From Octopus bimaculoides (Eukaryota): a stretch of DNA of 56,677 nt. The position numbers and the translations under genes are program-made. The notes beneath the pieces were generated by a model. It had not been told where the DNA came from, ran no database searches, and was given only the letters and a program-made list of their open reading frames with translations. Position 1 is the stretch's first letter; each line of letters opens with the position of its first letter. Of the stretch, positions 37,241 to 50,379 are shown piece by piece. Location of the stretch: positions 7,555,585-7,612,261 of the forward strand of contig NC_068996.1 in the NCBI RefSeq assembly GCF_001194135.2, in the 5' to 3' direction.

Positions 37241-37384
37241 TGACCACATGGGTGGTATACCCTTTATATATATATATATATATATATTTTCATTTCACAG
37301 CTCTCCAAGCTCTTTCTCATTCCTGATGTTACAGACCATGCCTCACTTCAATATATTAACATAGGTTCAACATACGGATCTAGG

Positions 37385-37905
37385 TCTTGATGTTCAGTGT
37401 ATGGTTTCTCAAGATGTTAAACAATTTTGATAAAGCAGATTTTGCAAGCTCTATTCATCTTTATTCTCCTTCACACATCTTGCATCTTTTGTGATTAAAG
37501 TTTGATGGTAGTTGAAGAATGACACCTGCTTAATGATTTGATTGTTCACTTTCAGCATGCTTCCTAAAAAGCTGAAAGAAGGTATTATATGCCCTATCCA
37601 CAAAGGTGGAAGCAGCAGAGCAGAGGTCAAAAACTACAGGCTAATCTCTCCAACTTCATATATCAGGAAAGTCATGAAGCAGAAAGAAGTTGATAATGTT
37701 CCTAGAAGAAAATGACCTACTGAACAATACTCAGCATGTGATTGATTCACATGGAGGAATACTGACCTATGTCCAGCCTGTGTACAGATCACATATCTTC
37801 CACCCAGGAAGAGGCTGCTTCACACAGTTCCTTCAGCACTATGACTAGGTTTTGAAACAGCTGCTTCAACATTCAGATGTCAGTGTGATATATCTTGACT
37901 TTCAT
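37385..37905 (+). mobile_element. CR1-group LINE RT N-terminal remnant
   Basis: ICPIHKGGSRAEVKNYRLIS...FLEENDLLNNTQH...PGRGCFTQ...VIYLDF. Confidence 0.7.
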
Positions 37906-39189
37906 AAGGAATATCACACCAGATTCGACATTCTTCCAGTCACTGCTACATCACTGGCAGAACCGATTCGAATTTAACAAAAGTGAGGAGGCAAGGAAAT
38001 AACACAAAAATGAAGGAAGCTGCAATAGAGGCATGTGGAATACAAAATGGATGACCTTCTTGTGATCCTCTTGAACTTTGGCATACCAAACATTGAGCAG
38101 GTACTGCTGCTCATGAAACTCCCCAAGCATTGTCCTACTGAGTAGAATAGTAGGCCACAAGTGGAACATGTATAATAAAAAAGATAAAATAGGACAAAAA
38201 TAATCCTATGAAACAATCCATAAAAATATTCTTGAAATATTATTTTTATTGGAGAAATCTAATGTAGCATAAACAAATTTAATCTAATCTGACTCNNNNN
38301 NNNNNNNNNNNNNNNNNNNNNNNNNNNNNNNNNNNNNNNNNNNNNNNNNNNNNNNNNNNNNNNNNNNNNNNNNNNNNNNNNNNNNNNNNNNNNNNNNNNN
38401 NNNNNNNNNNNNNNNNNNNNNNNNNNNNNNNNNNNNNNNNNNNNNNNNNNNNNNNNNNNNNNNNNNNNNNNNNNNNNNNNNNNNNNNNNNNNNNNNNNNN
38501 NNNNNNNNNNNNNNNNNNNNNNNNNNNNNNNNNNNNNNNNNNNNNNNNNNNNNNNNNNNNNNNNNNNNNNNNNNNNNNNNNNNNNNNNNNNNNNNNNNNN
38601 NNNNNNNNNNNNNNNNNNNNNNNNNNNNNNNNNNNNNNNNNNNNNNNNNNNNNNNNNNNNNNNNNNNNNNNNNNNNNNNNNNNNNNNNNNNNNNNNNNNN
38701 NNNNNNNNNNNNNNNNNNNNNNNNNNNNNNNNNNNNNNNNNNNNNNNNNNNNNNNNNNNNNNNNNNNNNNNNNNNNNNNNNNNNNNNNNNNNNNNNNNNN
38801 NNNNNNNNNNNNNNNNNNNNNTACACAGGCTGGACGTAGGTCAGTATGCCTCGGGTATTATTGAATGTTTAGTACAGAGACCAACATGTTTCAAGCAGAG
38901 ATCTAATAGAAGTGGAAATAGTAATATCCTTCTGGAAATTCCAGTAAACTGCCACAAACTCACAAAAGTCTTGTCTCAGCAAAGAAGTCACAGCTCAATG
39001 TGATTATTGTTTCCCTGGATGACTATATTCTTGGAGATAAGAAAATATGTGTAGCAAAACAATGGATTGTGTATGGGGGGTGGCACATGATAGTGTGATC
39101 AAGCACAGACATGAATGTATAAATAGATGCTGATGTAGCTGTATGGCTAAAAAAATTCATTTCTCAATGATATGGCATCTGGTTCAATG

Positions 39190-40430
39190 CCACAACACAG
39201 AAGCATATCTTCCACCCAGGAAAAAGCTGCTTCACACAGCTGTGTCAGCACTATGACTAGATTTTGAAACAGCTGCTTGACCATTCAGATGTCAGTGTGA
39301 TATGCCTAGACTTTGCAAAGGTAGATCATGTCATGATATGTCATAAGCTACGAGACCTTGGCATCGCTGGTAAACTGGGAGAGTGGCTGCACGACTTACT
39401 TAAAAACAGAAGTTAGGTAGTTGCAGCCAATGGCACCTTCTCTGAGGGAACTGAAATTGTAAGTGATGTCCCCCAGGGAACTGTTCTAGGGCTATTACTG
39501 TTCATAATAGCCCTCTTAGACATGCCCACAGTCACTCAGACAGCCACTGTCACCAGCTATGCCAATGACACAAAATTATCACAGGCAGTAAGAAATCAAG
39601 AGGATATTACAAGCTTAGAATGGGACCTGAACTCAGTGTACAAGTGGGCTGAAATAAACAACATGCAGTTTAATGCTGGAAAATTTCAAGTTCTGCAATA
39701 TAAACTCAGTACAGATACAGTACAATGTACATTTACAGGACCTGAAGGCACTACAATCCCAAAGTCACAGGTAGTGAAAGACTTGGGGATCAGCATGTGC
39801 AATGACGCATCATTTCATATGCACATCAGCAAGATGGCAGCAAAGTGCAGACAACTGGCAGGATGTATACTGACGTCCTTCAAGACAAGAAACCAAGGAA
39901 TTATGATGACCCTATGGAGAACCTTTGTTCTCAGCCGCCTGACTACTGTTCCCAGTTATGGTCACCACATAGTGCCAAACTAACAGCGGAACTTGAAGCA
40001 GTCCAATACCACTACACTAAAAAGATTGAAACAGGGCAGTGGATGAGCTATAGGGATAGGCTTAGTGAAGGAGTGACAGATATGCAATAATATACATATG
40101 GAAAATCCTAGAAGGGCTAATACCTAACTTTGGTATTAAGTGTTATACAAATGCCAGAACCGGCCACCATTGTATTGTACCAAAGGTGCCATCCACTCCA
40201 TCTAAATTCAGGACCGGGTATTGCAATATTCTAGTGTTCAAAGGCCCACAGCTTTTCAATGCCCTGCCACAAAAATTAAGAAATTTGCATAAGGTGGAAG
40301 TAGGTGTCTTTAAAAAGGAATTAGACATCCTCCTCTCCACAATACTGGATGAACCAACAGCCCGACATGAGGCACAGATGAGGGCAGTGGAATCAAACTC
40401 AATTATACATCAAATGTACCAACAGCTGTG
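39190..40430 (+). mobile_element. CR1-group LINE ORF2, RT to 3' end, decayed
   Basis: CLDFAK...HKLRDLGIAGKLGEW...VPQGTVLG.LLF...SYANDTK (YADD decayed)...MQFNAGKF...VKDLGI...DYCSQLWSP...GPQLFNALP. Confidence 0.85.
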
Positions 40431-40749
40431 ATTTGTGTGAGAGAGAGAGAGAGAGAGAAAGACATACATATACATGAAACTTTCAACCCCAGAGTCACTT
40501 TCTACAGATTAAAAGTATAAAAATATATATACTAATGTATTTGAGTTCTTTTTATCATGTCTACTCTACCAGCTCTCTCTCTCTCTTTCTGTATGTGTGT
40601 GTGTGTGTGTACACACACACAGGACATTCAAGTGCAATAAGCTAAAATAAGAAAAAAAAATCTTTCCAACTTAAAACTCTCAAAACAATAAATTGACATC
40701 CTTTCAAAAGATCTAAAATTTATCCCCAGCACCAGAGTGAAGTATGACA

Positions 40750-41490
40750 TAACATTTCAAACATCTGTAGAAATTTAAAATTAAGAGAAGAACTAGTCAA
40801 TAAAAAAACAACAATCAGTCCATCATGCAAAACAAAAGTAACTCTCACCCAAGAAAGGGATAAACAAAGACTAAACAAATTTTGTGAGTTTATATCTACC
40901 TTCCAATACAATGAAATTCCATTTCCTAAACCAAAGTCCACCACTAGTTGAACAGAATGGAAAATTATATATATATTCTGAAAAACAAATGTAACAGTTA
41001 TAAAAAAAAAAAGCTGATAAGGAAAGTGCTGTAATTATTATTATGAATATTGAACAATTAAAAAATTGACATATTAACTCTGCTTCAAGACACAACCCAC
41101 TATAATATAGTAAACAACTACCAACAAACAAATACATTGTTTAAACTTAATACTCTCATAAACTAACATGGAAAAGGCATAACTAATAAAAAACAAATTA
41201 CCTAACAAATTTTCTAACTAAAATCAGTAACCTCTATGGACTTCACAAAATCCATAGAAATAAAACTACAATATTTCTAAAGAAACACACTCAGTCTGCA
41301 TTAATATACAATATCTGAAGGATCTCAAAGTAAGACCAATCGTAGTAGGCCCAATCTGTGTAACACACAGACTTAGCAACTTCATTGACTTTCTGTTAAA
41401 ACCTCTCTTAAAATATATACCAAGTTTCATAAGTGATGAAACACAGCATTATCTAACAGAACATACCATTATTGAGCCAAGACCCAAAAA
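40750..41490 (+). mobile_element. Penelope-like element RT N-terminal remnant
   Basis: SNLYGLHKIH...RPIVVGPICVTHRLSNFIDFLLKPLLKYIPSFISD. Confidence 0.7.
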
Positions 41491-43305
41491 TGAAAAAGGC
41501 ACTTGAATCATACAAAATAACAAATGCAAAAGACTACTTGCCAGCACAAAACTACAAACAACTTACAGACACAATCCAAACAGTTAAAATGTGTGTGTGT
41601 ATGTGTGTGTGAATGTTGGAAAATACAAAGGAAAGTAATTACTTGAAATGCTAGCAACCGTACAGATCGGAAAAAGATAAGCAAGGCAATGAAAAGAAGT
41701 TTTAAATTCACAGCAGAAAACCATACATAACGAGGAAGGGCAATCTTCAGACCAACGAGAAAGCACACTACTGCGTTACTTTGAGGTGTAGAAAATAGTA
41801 CAAAAGCTCTGAGGTTCTTCCACTAACAGAAACAATCTTTGCAAAAAGTAGCTCTGTTTCTCAACCAGTTTCAACATTCTTCCAGTCACTGCTACATCAC
41901 TGGCAGAACCGATTTGAATTTAACAAAAGTGAGGAGGCAAGGAAATAACACAAAAATGAAGGAAGCTGCAATAGAGGCATGTGGAATACAAAATGGATGA
42001 TCTTCTTGTGACCCTCTTGAACTTTGGCATACCAAACATTGAGCAGGTACTGCTGCTCATGAAACTCCCCAAGCATTGTCCTACTGAGTAGAATAGTAGG
42101 CCACAAGTGGAACATGTATAATAAAAAAGATAAAATAGGACAAAAATAATCCTATGAAACAATCCATAAAAATATTCTTGAAATATTATTTTTATTGGAG
42201 AAATCTAATGTAGCATAAACAAATTTAATCTANNNNNNNNNNNNNNNNNNNNNNNNNNNNNNNNNNNNNNNNNNNNNNNNNNNNNNNNNNNNNNNNNNNN
42301 NNNNNNNNNNNNNNNNNNNNNNNNNNNNNNNNNNNNNNNNNNNNNNNNNNNNNNNNNNNNNNNNNNNNNNNNNNNNNNNNNNNNNNNNNNNNNNNNNNNN
42401 NNNNNNNNNNNNNNNNNNNNNNNNNNNNNNNNNNNNNNNNNNNNNNNNNNNNNNNNNNNNNNNNNNNNNNNNNNNNNNNNNNNNNNNNNNNNNNNNNNNN
42501 NNNNNNNNNNNNNNNNNNNNNNNNNNNNNNNNNNNNNNNNNNNNNNNNNNNNNNNNNNNNNNNNNNNNNNNNNNNNNNNNNNNNNNNNNNNNNNNNNNNN
42601 NNNNNNNNNNNNNNNNNNNNNNNNNNNNNNNNNNNNNNNNNNNNNNNNNNNNNNNNNNNNNNNNNNNNNNNNNNNNNNNNNNNNNNNNNNNNNNNNNNNN
42701 NNNNNNNNNNNNNNNNNNNNNNNNNNNNNNNNNNNNNNNNNNNNNNNNNNNNNNNNNNNNNNNNNNNNNNNNNNNNNNNNNNNNNNNNNNNNNNNNNNNN
42801 NNNNNNNNNNNNNNNNNNNNNNNNNNNNNNNNNNNNNNNNNNNNNNNNNNNNNNNNNNNNNNNNNNNNNNNNNNNNNNNNNNNNNNNNNNNNNNNNNNNN
42901 NNNNNNNNNNNNNNNNNNNNNNNNNCTAAGATGATCAAAGACTTGGTGTCTTCCATCAAGAAATCTGAAATCATGCCAATGATGACTATACTGCTGCCAT
43001 CTAGAGGTTGAACAGGATATGTCCTTTACACGCTATCTCAGACGCCATGTGATATGTCATCTGTACACAGGCTGGACGTAGGTCAGTATGCCTCGGGTAT
43101 TATTGAATGTTTAGTACAGAGACCAACATGTTTCAAGCAGAGATCTAATAGAAGTGGAAATAGTAATATCCTTCTGGAAATTCCAGTAAACTGCCACAAA
43201 TTCACAAAAGTCTTGTCTCAGCAAAGAAGTCACAGCTCAATGTGATTATTGTTTCCCTGGATGACTATATTCCTGGAGATAAGAAAATATGTGTAGCAAA
43301 ACAAT

Positions 43306-43359
<54 letters not shown>

Positions 43360-43934
43360 TGTATGTGTGTGTGTATGTGTGCATGTGCATGCCTGTGTGT
43401 TTGTTTACATTTACATTTCCCCCCAAATTGCTCAGCTATAGACAGAGATATCACTGTCATTTCTCCTGTCAACTGGGCATCTACTGGTTTTGCATTTTGA
43501 GGACATTGTGGAATAAGATACCCCCTTTTTTGTGAAACAGTGAAGGTAGGGTTAGGTATAGAAAGAGCATCTAGCAGCAAAACAATTTTTCAATAACATA
43601 TACCTCCAACCAATGCAAGCAAAGAAGCATAAATAAACAGANNNNNNNNNNNNNNNNNNNNNNNNNNNNNNNNNNNNNNNNNNNNNNNNNNNNNNNNNNN
43701 NNNNNNNNNNNNNNNNNNNNNNNNNNNNNNNNNNNNNNNNNNNNNNNNNNNNNNNNNNNNNNNNNNNNNNNNNNNNNNNNNNNNNNNNNNNNNNNNNNNN
43801 NNNNNNNNNNNNNNNNNNNNNNNNNNNNNNNNNNNNNNNNNNNNNNNNNNNNNNNNNNNNNNNNNNNNNNNNNNNNNNNNNNNNNNNNNNNNNNNNNNNN
43901 NNNNNNNNNNNNNNNTTTTTTTCAACACATAAAT

Positions 43935-44042
43935 ACTGAACAGTACATATAAAGGATAAAATCCTTTCTAAGAACAGAAAAATTTGCCAGCAAACTTTTC
44001 TGCTCTTAAAACGGATATTATCCTTTATATGTATTGTTCAGT
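43935..44042. repeat. 108-bp AT-rich palindrome / hairpin
   Basis: ACTGAACAGTACATATAAAGGATAAAATCCTTTCTAAGAACAGAAAA pairs with TTTTCTGCTCTTAAAACGGATATTATCCTTTATATGTATTGTTCAGT; inner TTTGC/GCAAA. Confidence 0.85.
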
Positions 44043-44173
44043 TAAAAAACGTTAAAAAAATATGTTTAAAAAAAAATCTTTCTGCTTGTTCTACAGTACA
44101 TTTCAACGCTTCAAAAACAAACTGATGTTTGTTTACATATGATGTAATATATATATGTAAATGTACACAAAAC

Positions 44174-44204
<31 letters not shown>

Positions 44205-44429
44205 TATGGTAGAAATAAAAATATCCTTGGTAAATAGTATATATTTGAAAAACGAAGAAGAATGATGTTCCTGGTCATTTTTCCCAGTTTAATGATTAGA
44301 GGTTAAATGATATCATGATAGTTTAACTTCCAGTATTCAGGTGGGTTTCAAAAAAAAGGAAGAGTGGTGTTTCTGATTTGAGACTCAATTCTTTCTTAAA
44401 GTCAATTTTTGAACTGTTCTTTTGTATTT

Positions 44430-47150
44430 ATTGGTATTAAGAAATGGAGGATTTTCACACAACAAACAAAAGTCCTTCAGTCCTCAAAGAAACTCAAAAG
44501 TTTGACTATGCACAGGTGTAATAAGAAGTAGGACAAGACACAAAGGTAACAGAAATCATTAGAGGCCAAATCAAAGACCCAGCAAAACTACAAGGAACAA
44601 CAAAAGAATAAGGAACCAATCTCTTAACCAACAAACAAGGGTTTACTTGCTCAGAGATAACCAACCTGGAGTATTAACATACAGAATGCAAAATTCCAAC
44701 AAAAAACACCCCTAACACAAATAAGAATCAAGAGATCTTTCACCAAAAAAAGGAAAAAAAATTACACCATCACTAAAGAAATATTAAAAAACATACAAGT
44801 AAACCCAAAATAATAACTTTATCCAACAAAATATCATCTCAACAAGAAATTAAAATCTCAGAGAATGGTCTAACACTCACATCCACTCAGTCTAACAAAA
44901 CCAAGCTTGCAAAAGAAAAAAGAATTTTGCCAAAAATTATGATTAAGTGAATTCTTCCAAGATGCTGAATATATGGATGAATCACTAGTCAAAAGCAAAA
45001 ATAGGATTCAAACCATCCTTAGAGATAAATACTTGAAAGAATACATAACCTACCTATGGTGATCAGCACAATCTGACAGTAGAGAGAGGAAATGTGAATC
45101 TAATATATACATATCTAAAGACTAATTACAGGTATTCAGTATTTTATAAAAAGACTCATCAATAATTATCTAAAAGCTGACAGGAGTGGAGCAACTATAA
45201 TTATGAATAAAAACCATTATAGAGGCATGGTTTTGTAACAACTTGATGATGAAAACAAAGAGCCTAACAGAATAAAATCAATTATTTAACAAACTTCAAA
45301 GACCAATAATTTTTATGGATTACCTAAAGTTCATAAATCAAAACAAATTCAAGGCAAACATAGAACATAGGTTGAAATTCCAAAACTGAAACTTGAAATT
45401 CCAATCATTTCCAAGCCTAACATCAAACACACAATGCCTATTAAATATAATACTGAAACCATTATGAAAAATGGTGCAGAGTTTCATTTGAAATGATATG
45501 GACTTTCTAAATTACATATCAGAAAGAATACACCGGGAAACAATACTCAGCTTTGACATAACGAGTATCAGGTCATTAAGAATGAAATGGCCGAATTTTC
45601 TTTTGCACCAAGTTTGACAGTCATTAACTCTAATGTTTTATCCTGACACTTCTTTGTTTTACAACACTGAAGAGTTACATCATCCCTTTTTTGAAATGCA
45701 ATTCATGGTATTTGATTATATTGTGAGTTTTCTTTTGTAAATCAATTTTTGTGAACCCAGAGACAGATCAAAAATTTGTGTTGTTTATGAATATGAGTTC
45801 CTTCATGGAACTAATGCATCCCAGACAGCTCGAAATATCTATGAAGTGTTTGGTAAAGATGTGGTGAATGAGCACACTGTATGTCAATGGTTTGAGAAGT
45901 TCCAGTCTAGTGACTTTACTCTTGAAAATCAGCTTTGTAGTAGACCTGAGACCAAGGTGGGCAATGATGAGCTTGGAAAGCAGCAAGGTTTGATGTCTCG
46001 ATTCCAACTTTATTGGACCATTTGAAACAAATCAGTCAGGTAAAGAAACTGGACAAGTGGGTCCCACATGAACTGAATGAGCATCAAATGACACGTCATC
46101 TTGAAACTTGCTGTTCTTTGCTGTCACAGAATAAAAGCAAACCATTTTTGCATTGTATTATTACGTGTGATGAAAATGGATTCTTTATAACAATAGCAAG
46201 TGTTCTGTTTGGTGGTTGGATAGAGACAAAGTGCCAAAACCCAATCCAAAAAAGAATATTCACCAGAAGAAGCTAATGGTGCCTGTTTGGTGGTCCAGCG
46301 CTGGTGTCATCCACTACAGCTTCATGAGACCTGGTAAGTCAATTGGAGCAGATGTATACATCAACCGACTGGATGAAATGATGAGTGAACTTGCAATTCA
46401 ATAACTGAGATTGGTCAATAGAGACAGGCCAATTCTCTTGCAAGACAATGCTCGACAACATGTTGCACAAAGAATGCTACTCAAGTTTCAGGAACTGAAC
46501 TTGGAAGTACTCTGCCATCCACTATATTCACCAGACCTTGCACCAACTGACTATCACATTTTCCAGACATTAGACAACTTTTTTGCAGGAAAAACTTCAA
46601 ATCTGAAGAAGATGCAAAAACAGCCTTTTGTGATTTCATCACCTCATGCTCTCCAGAATTCTTCACTGTTGGCATAAATAAGCTACAGATAAAATGGCAA
46701 AATTGTGTTGATAATTTAGGTGCATTCTTTGATTAACTTCATTGCCTTTTTATTGAGATAAGTAAAACTTTCAGTTCAAAATCAGACATTTCATTCTTAA
46801 TGACCTGATACATACATCAATATCCCACACGACTTAGAAATGAAGCCATGAACTTCTGGTTGACAAAACATCCAAATTATATTCAGAGAAGATTCTCAAA
46901 AGACTTAATTTTAGAAATAATGAAATTAATACTTGAAAATAACCATTTATTCTTTGACAATACAAACTTAAAAAATGGCAATGAGTACAAAAGTAGCCTC
47001 TACATGTGCAGCACTTAGGAGGTGATTTTTAGAGGATAAATTTCACTTCTCAACTAACAGAAACAGTCAATCAACAATCTTCCATTTACATAAAAAAATT
47101 TTTTTAAATAGCAATAAAGGTGGTATCAAGGTGACTATTCTATCTTTTGG
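44430..47150 (+). mobile_element. Decayed Penelope-like element split by a mariner insertion
   Basis: ADRSGATIIMNK, FYGLPKVHKS, SFDITS|TYINIPHDL, FWLTKHP...RFSKDLILE..KLILENN, AMSTKVAST. Confidence 0.75.
45568..46808 (+). mobile_element. Mariner (D,D34D) transposon, complete ends, pseudogenised transposase
   Basis: TIRs TCAGGTCATTAAGAATGAAATG at both ends; TA TSD at 45566-67 and 46809-10; 1241 bp; motifs KWVPHEL, ITCDE, LLQDNARQH, YSPDLAPTDYH. Confidence 0.93.
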
Positions 47151-47379
47151 AACAAAAATCCAAAAGACTTAGAAACTTCCATTCTTTTCTAAATAGCTAC
47201 ATGCTACATGTATCAAGATTCCAAAAATGTACTCAAAAACAGAAAAGGTGAATAAGTAAATAAAGTAATTGAGGATCAATGGAACTGAGTCACAATTTGA
47301 TGAAACAGATGTGACTGCAAAACAGGTAAAAATTATAAGCTAATCCCAATGCAATGTCAGTGCTGGAAAATACCTAGAA

Positions 47380-48300
47380 AAGTTAAGCGTCACTTGGCAA
47401 ATACCCTTCAAAAACCAATAGGTAAAAATATGACCCATCAATGGTTGGCTGCATCTGGACTTAAATCAGAAATAGAGTACTTTGTTATAATAGCTTGGGT
47501 GCTGATCCTGTCTGCTGTTCTTGTAGTGCATCTTTGGATAATCTATGCTAGCCTCACATGAATAAATTAATTACTAAGATAAATTTAGCCAGTGTATGCA
47601 CAGACTCATATGCCATAAATCTGGACTCCCGTATGAGATGAACTGATGGGAACATAACTTTACCAAAATAGTGGAAAATAAAAATACCACCATTCTTTGT
47701 GACTTTGGCATCCAAACTGACTGTGCTATTCAGACTAATAGACAAGTCATTGGGGTAAAAAAATCATGGTGACAAAAGATGTCTACCCGTGGATATGTCA
47801 ATCCCATAAGCAAGCAAGGAATAAGATTGATGCAATCAATACCTTAGCTGTAACTGTTGTAACTTACAGTTTTAATATCATAAAATGGTCATTCAGTAAG
47901 ATCAATAAAATTGAAACAACAATACACAAGTTCCTCACAATGCATTGCATGAGTCACACAAAGGCAAATGTAGACAGATTATGCATCTCATGAAAGGATG
48001 AAGGATGTCGATTGATTGCAGGCACAACTGTCTCTAAAGACAGTAACCATAGGTGTAGATGCCTACCTAAAGAACACCAATGACTAGATGCTTGAAGTAT
48101 GAAGCCCCACCCCCTCCACCAAAATGTACTCAGTACAAACCAAATCAAATGGAGTCTTACAGCTGCAAAATACATGGAAAGTATATGGACAGTGTATGAC
48201 AAGTATCCTCCAAGAGCCAGTAGATATGAGTATGGCCCTCTGCAAGTATGAAAGTACCGAAACAATATACTCAGTATCAGAAAAAGCAAAGAGGTATATA
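47380..48300 (+). mobile_element. R4/Dong-like non-LTR retrotransposon fragments
   Basis: HQWLAASGLKSEIE; ENKNTTILCDFGIQTD...TNR (restriction-like endonuclease); NKIDAINTLAV.VVTYSF...KANVDRL. Pieces are out of normal order. Confidence 0.6.
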
Positions 48301-49109
48301 TAGGAACTGAGGCTCAATGAAACTAAGACATGATTAGATAAAACATACGAGCCCATTAGGATTGCAAAATAGATAAAAATACAGACCAATCACAATGGAA
48401 TCTCCTTCTTGGACGATTTGTAGAAACTATAGCTAACTAGTGGTTTTGCCAAAATTTTCTCCCTGTATTATAATTAAAAGGATCTCCATTAAATTATGCT
48501 AAAATTCTGTTAATTTGGCAGTTTTCTTTCAGAACATTTTATCAAGATTAATTAATCAAATGAAAAACTAATGCTGAATTTGAATACAGGTTAGTAAAAG
48601 GTTTTTGGAGCAGCACTTGTAGCTGCCTTTATGCTATGATAGGATCAGATATCATGCTTGGCACCTATTATCTGCTCTATTCAAGTAAAGTCTGCTGCTA
48701 CTGGCCTTTGTAGTCAAGGTCACTTGGCTTAATCACTTTGTAAGGATATCAATGCTTTTAACTAACCCTATATTTATGACCTTATTCCACTATCCACCTC
48801 TCAAGATTGGCTAGCTGGAGACACACCTACCTTAAATTTCTTAAATGTTGGTTACCTGATTAGAAATTTCAATTGTTGATAATCTGCTGATTAATCAAAA
48901 AGCCAATGCTCACTTGTTTATTTGGTAGCCTGATGAGTTGGGAGTTATATAACATTATGCAATCTAATTGTATTATATTTATGTCACAATAATGACTTCT
49001 AATGAAACAATTGTAGCAATACTACATAAACCATTCATCTGCTTTGTTTTTATGCCATGCTTAAGTTTCCATTCATTATTGGATACTCTTGGATTTGTGG
49101 ATTATCTAA

Positions 49110-49186
<77 letters not shown>

Positions 49187-49331
49187 TTACTTGGAGAATG
49201 GAGCAACAGATACAAGAAAAAGCATTTTCGTTGGACTAGATAGCCGTTGTTTTATTATGTGGAACTTGTGAAATGAGTCAGTGTGGAGGTTTAGGTTATG
49301 TAATGAGTCATTTTGTATATTATGTCTTAGT

Positions 49332-49383
49332 CACTTACGTACGTTTCGATGCAGCCAGTAGTTTGGCCGATCTCTTCAGAGTG
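49332..49383 (-). ncRNA. Intact minimal type-I hammerhead ribozyme motif
   Basis: CACU-CUGAAGA-GAUCGGCC(AAACUACU)GGCUGCAUC-GAAAC-GUAC-GUA-AGUG. All core nucleotides present, stem I CACU/AGUG, palindromic stem III ACGUACGU; predicted cut between 49336 and 49335. Confidence 0.85.
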
Positions 49384-49442
49384 TTGAAGGGTATATTCGA
49401 AGTTTGTGGAGTGCGAAATGTAGGAGAAGTAATTATTGGGTG

Positions 49443-49478
<36 letters not shown>

Positions 49479-50145
49479 TTCCCATCTCTAGCCTTATGTG
49501 ATACACACAGACCCGGATTTCTGGGTAGTAACCTGTCAGGTTATTGTGTGTGTGTGTGCGTGTGAGTGAATGTATGTATATTTAGGTTTCTAACACCTAA
49601 AGATCTGGACATAAGCTAACATTTTATTAAAAAGAACTGATACCGATAAAATAACAATTTGAAAATTATTTTTAATTAAGAAACTCAGTTCCAAATGAGA
49701 GACCTGCTTTTTTCACAACCATTGGAGCATGAAGCATTCCTCATGACTGCAAGTTCATGATATGGTTGTGATTTGTAAACCGTTTTTGAGTAGGAACTGA
49801 AAAAGAAGTATGAGCATCCAATGAGCATGTGCACACTGAATTCGTAAAATGGTAAAAGATTAAAAATGCAATGTGCATGTCATAATAAAACAAAGGAGAA
49901 GAATAAAAACGCAATGTGAATGTCAAACATATGAGCTCTTCATGCCACGTCTGACACCACTATCACATAGCTTTGCTGTAATTTTCATGTTTATATTAAA
50001 ACAACAAAAAAAAACACCCTGATCACTGAAAGAAAAACAGATTCATGATACGGTTTGTAAGCATCTAAGCATTAAATGGAAAGAAATTATCTAAGTCATA
50101 CTTTTTCATCATTTGAAATATATATACAACACATTACATATTATT

Positions 50146-50184
<39 letters not shown>

Positions 50185-50194
50185 ATATATACAT

Positions 50195-50229
<35 letters not shown>

Positions 50230-50333
50230 CATTCATATACATGCTTATATGAGCATCTATGTGTGTGTGCATATATACACTTGCTCAGACATACTAACAT
50301 AAATATTTATACATGCACACACACATACACACA

Positions 50334-50379
<46 letters not shown>

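Larger units (their letters stand above)
37930..43316. repeat. About 99%-identical duplicated unit (37930-38295 plus 38822-39072 versus 41875-42232 plus 43064-43316)
   Basis: Direct comparison shows only about 5 substitutions. Both copies contain an N gap at the same internal point, and the outer flanks differ. Confidence 0.9.

Noticed and set aside
49505-49545. Two small adjacent hairpins (ACCCGGATTTCTGGGT; TAACCTGTCAGGTTA)
   Set aside because: They could not be fitted to an HDV-like or other ribozyme fold, and are too short to support a call.
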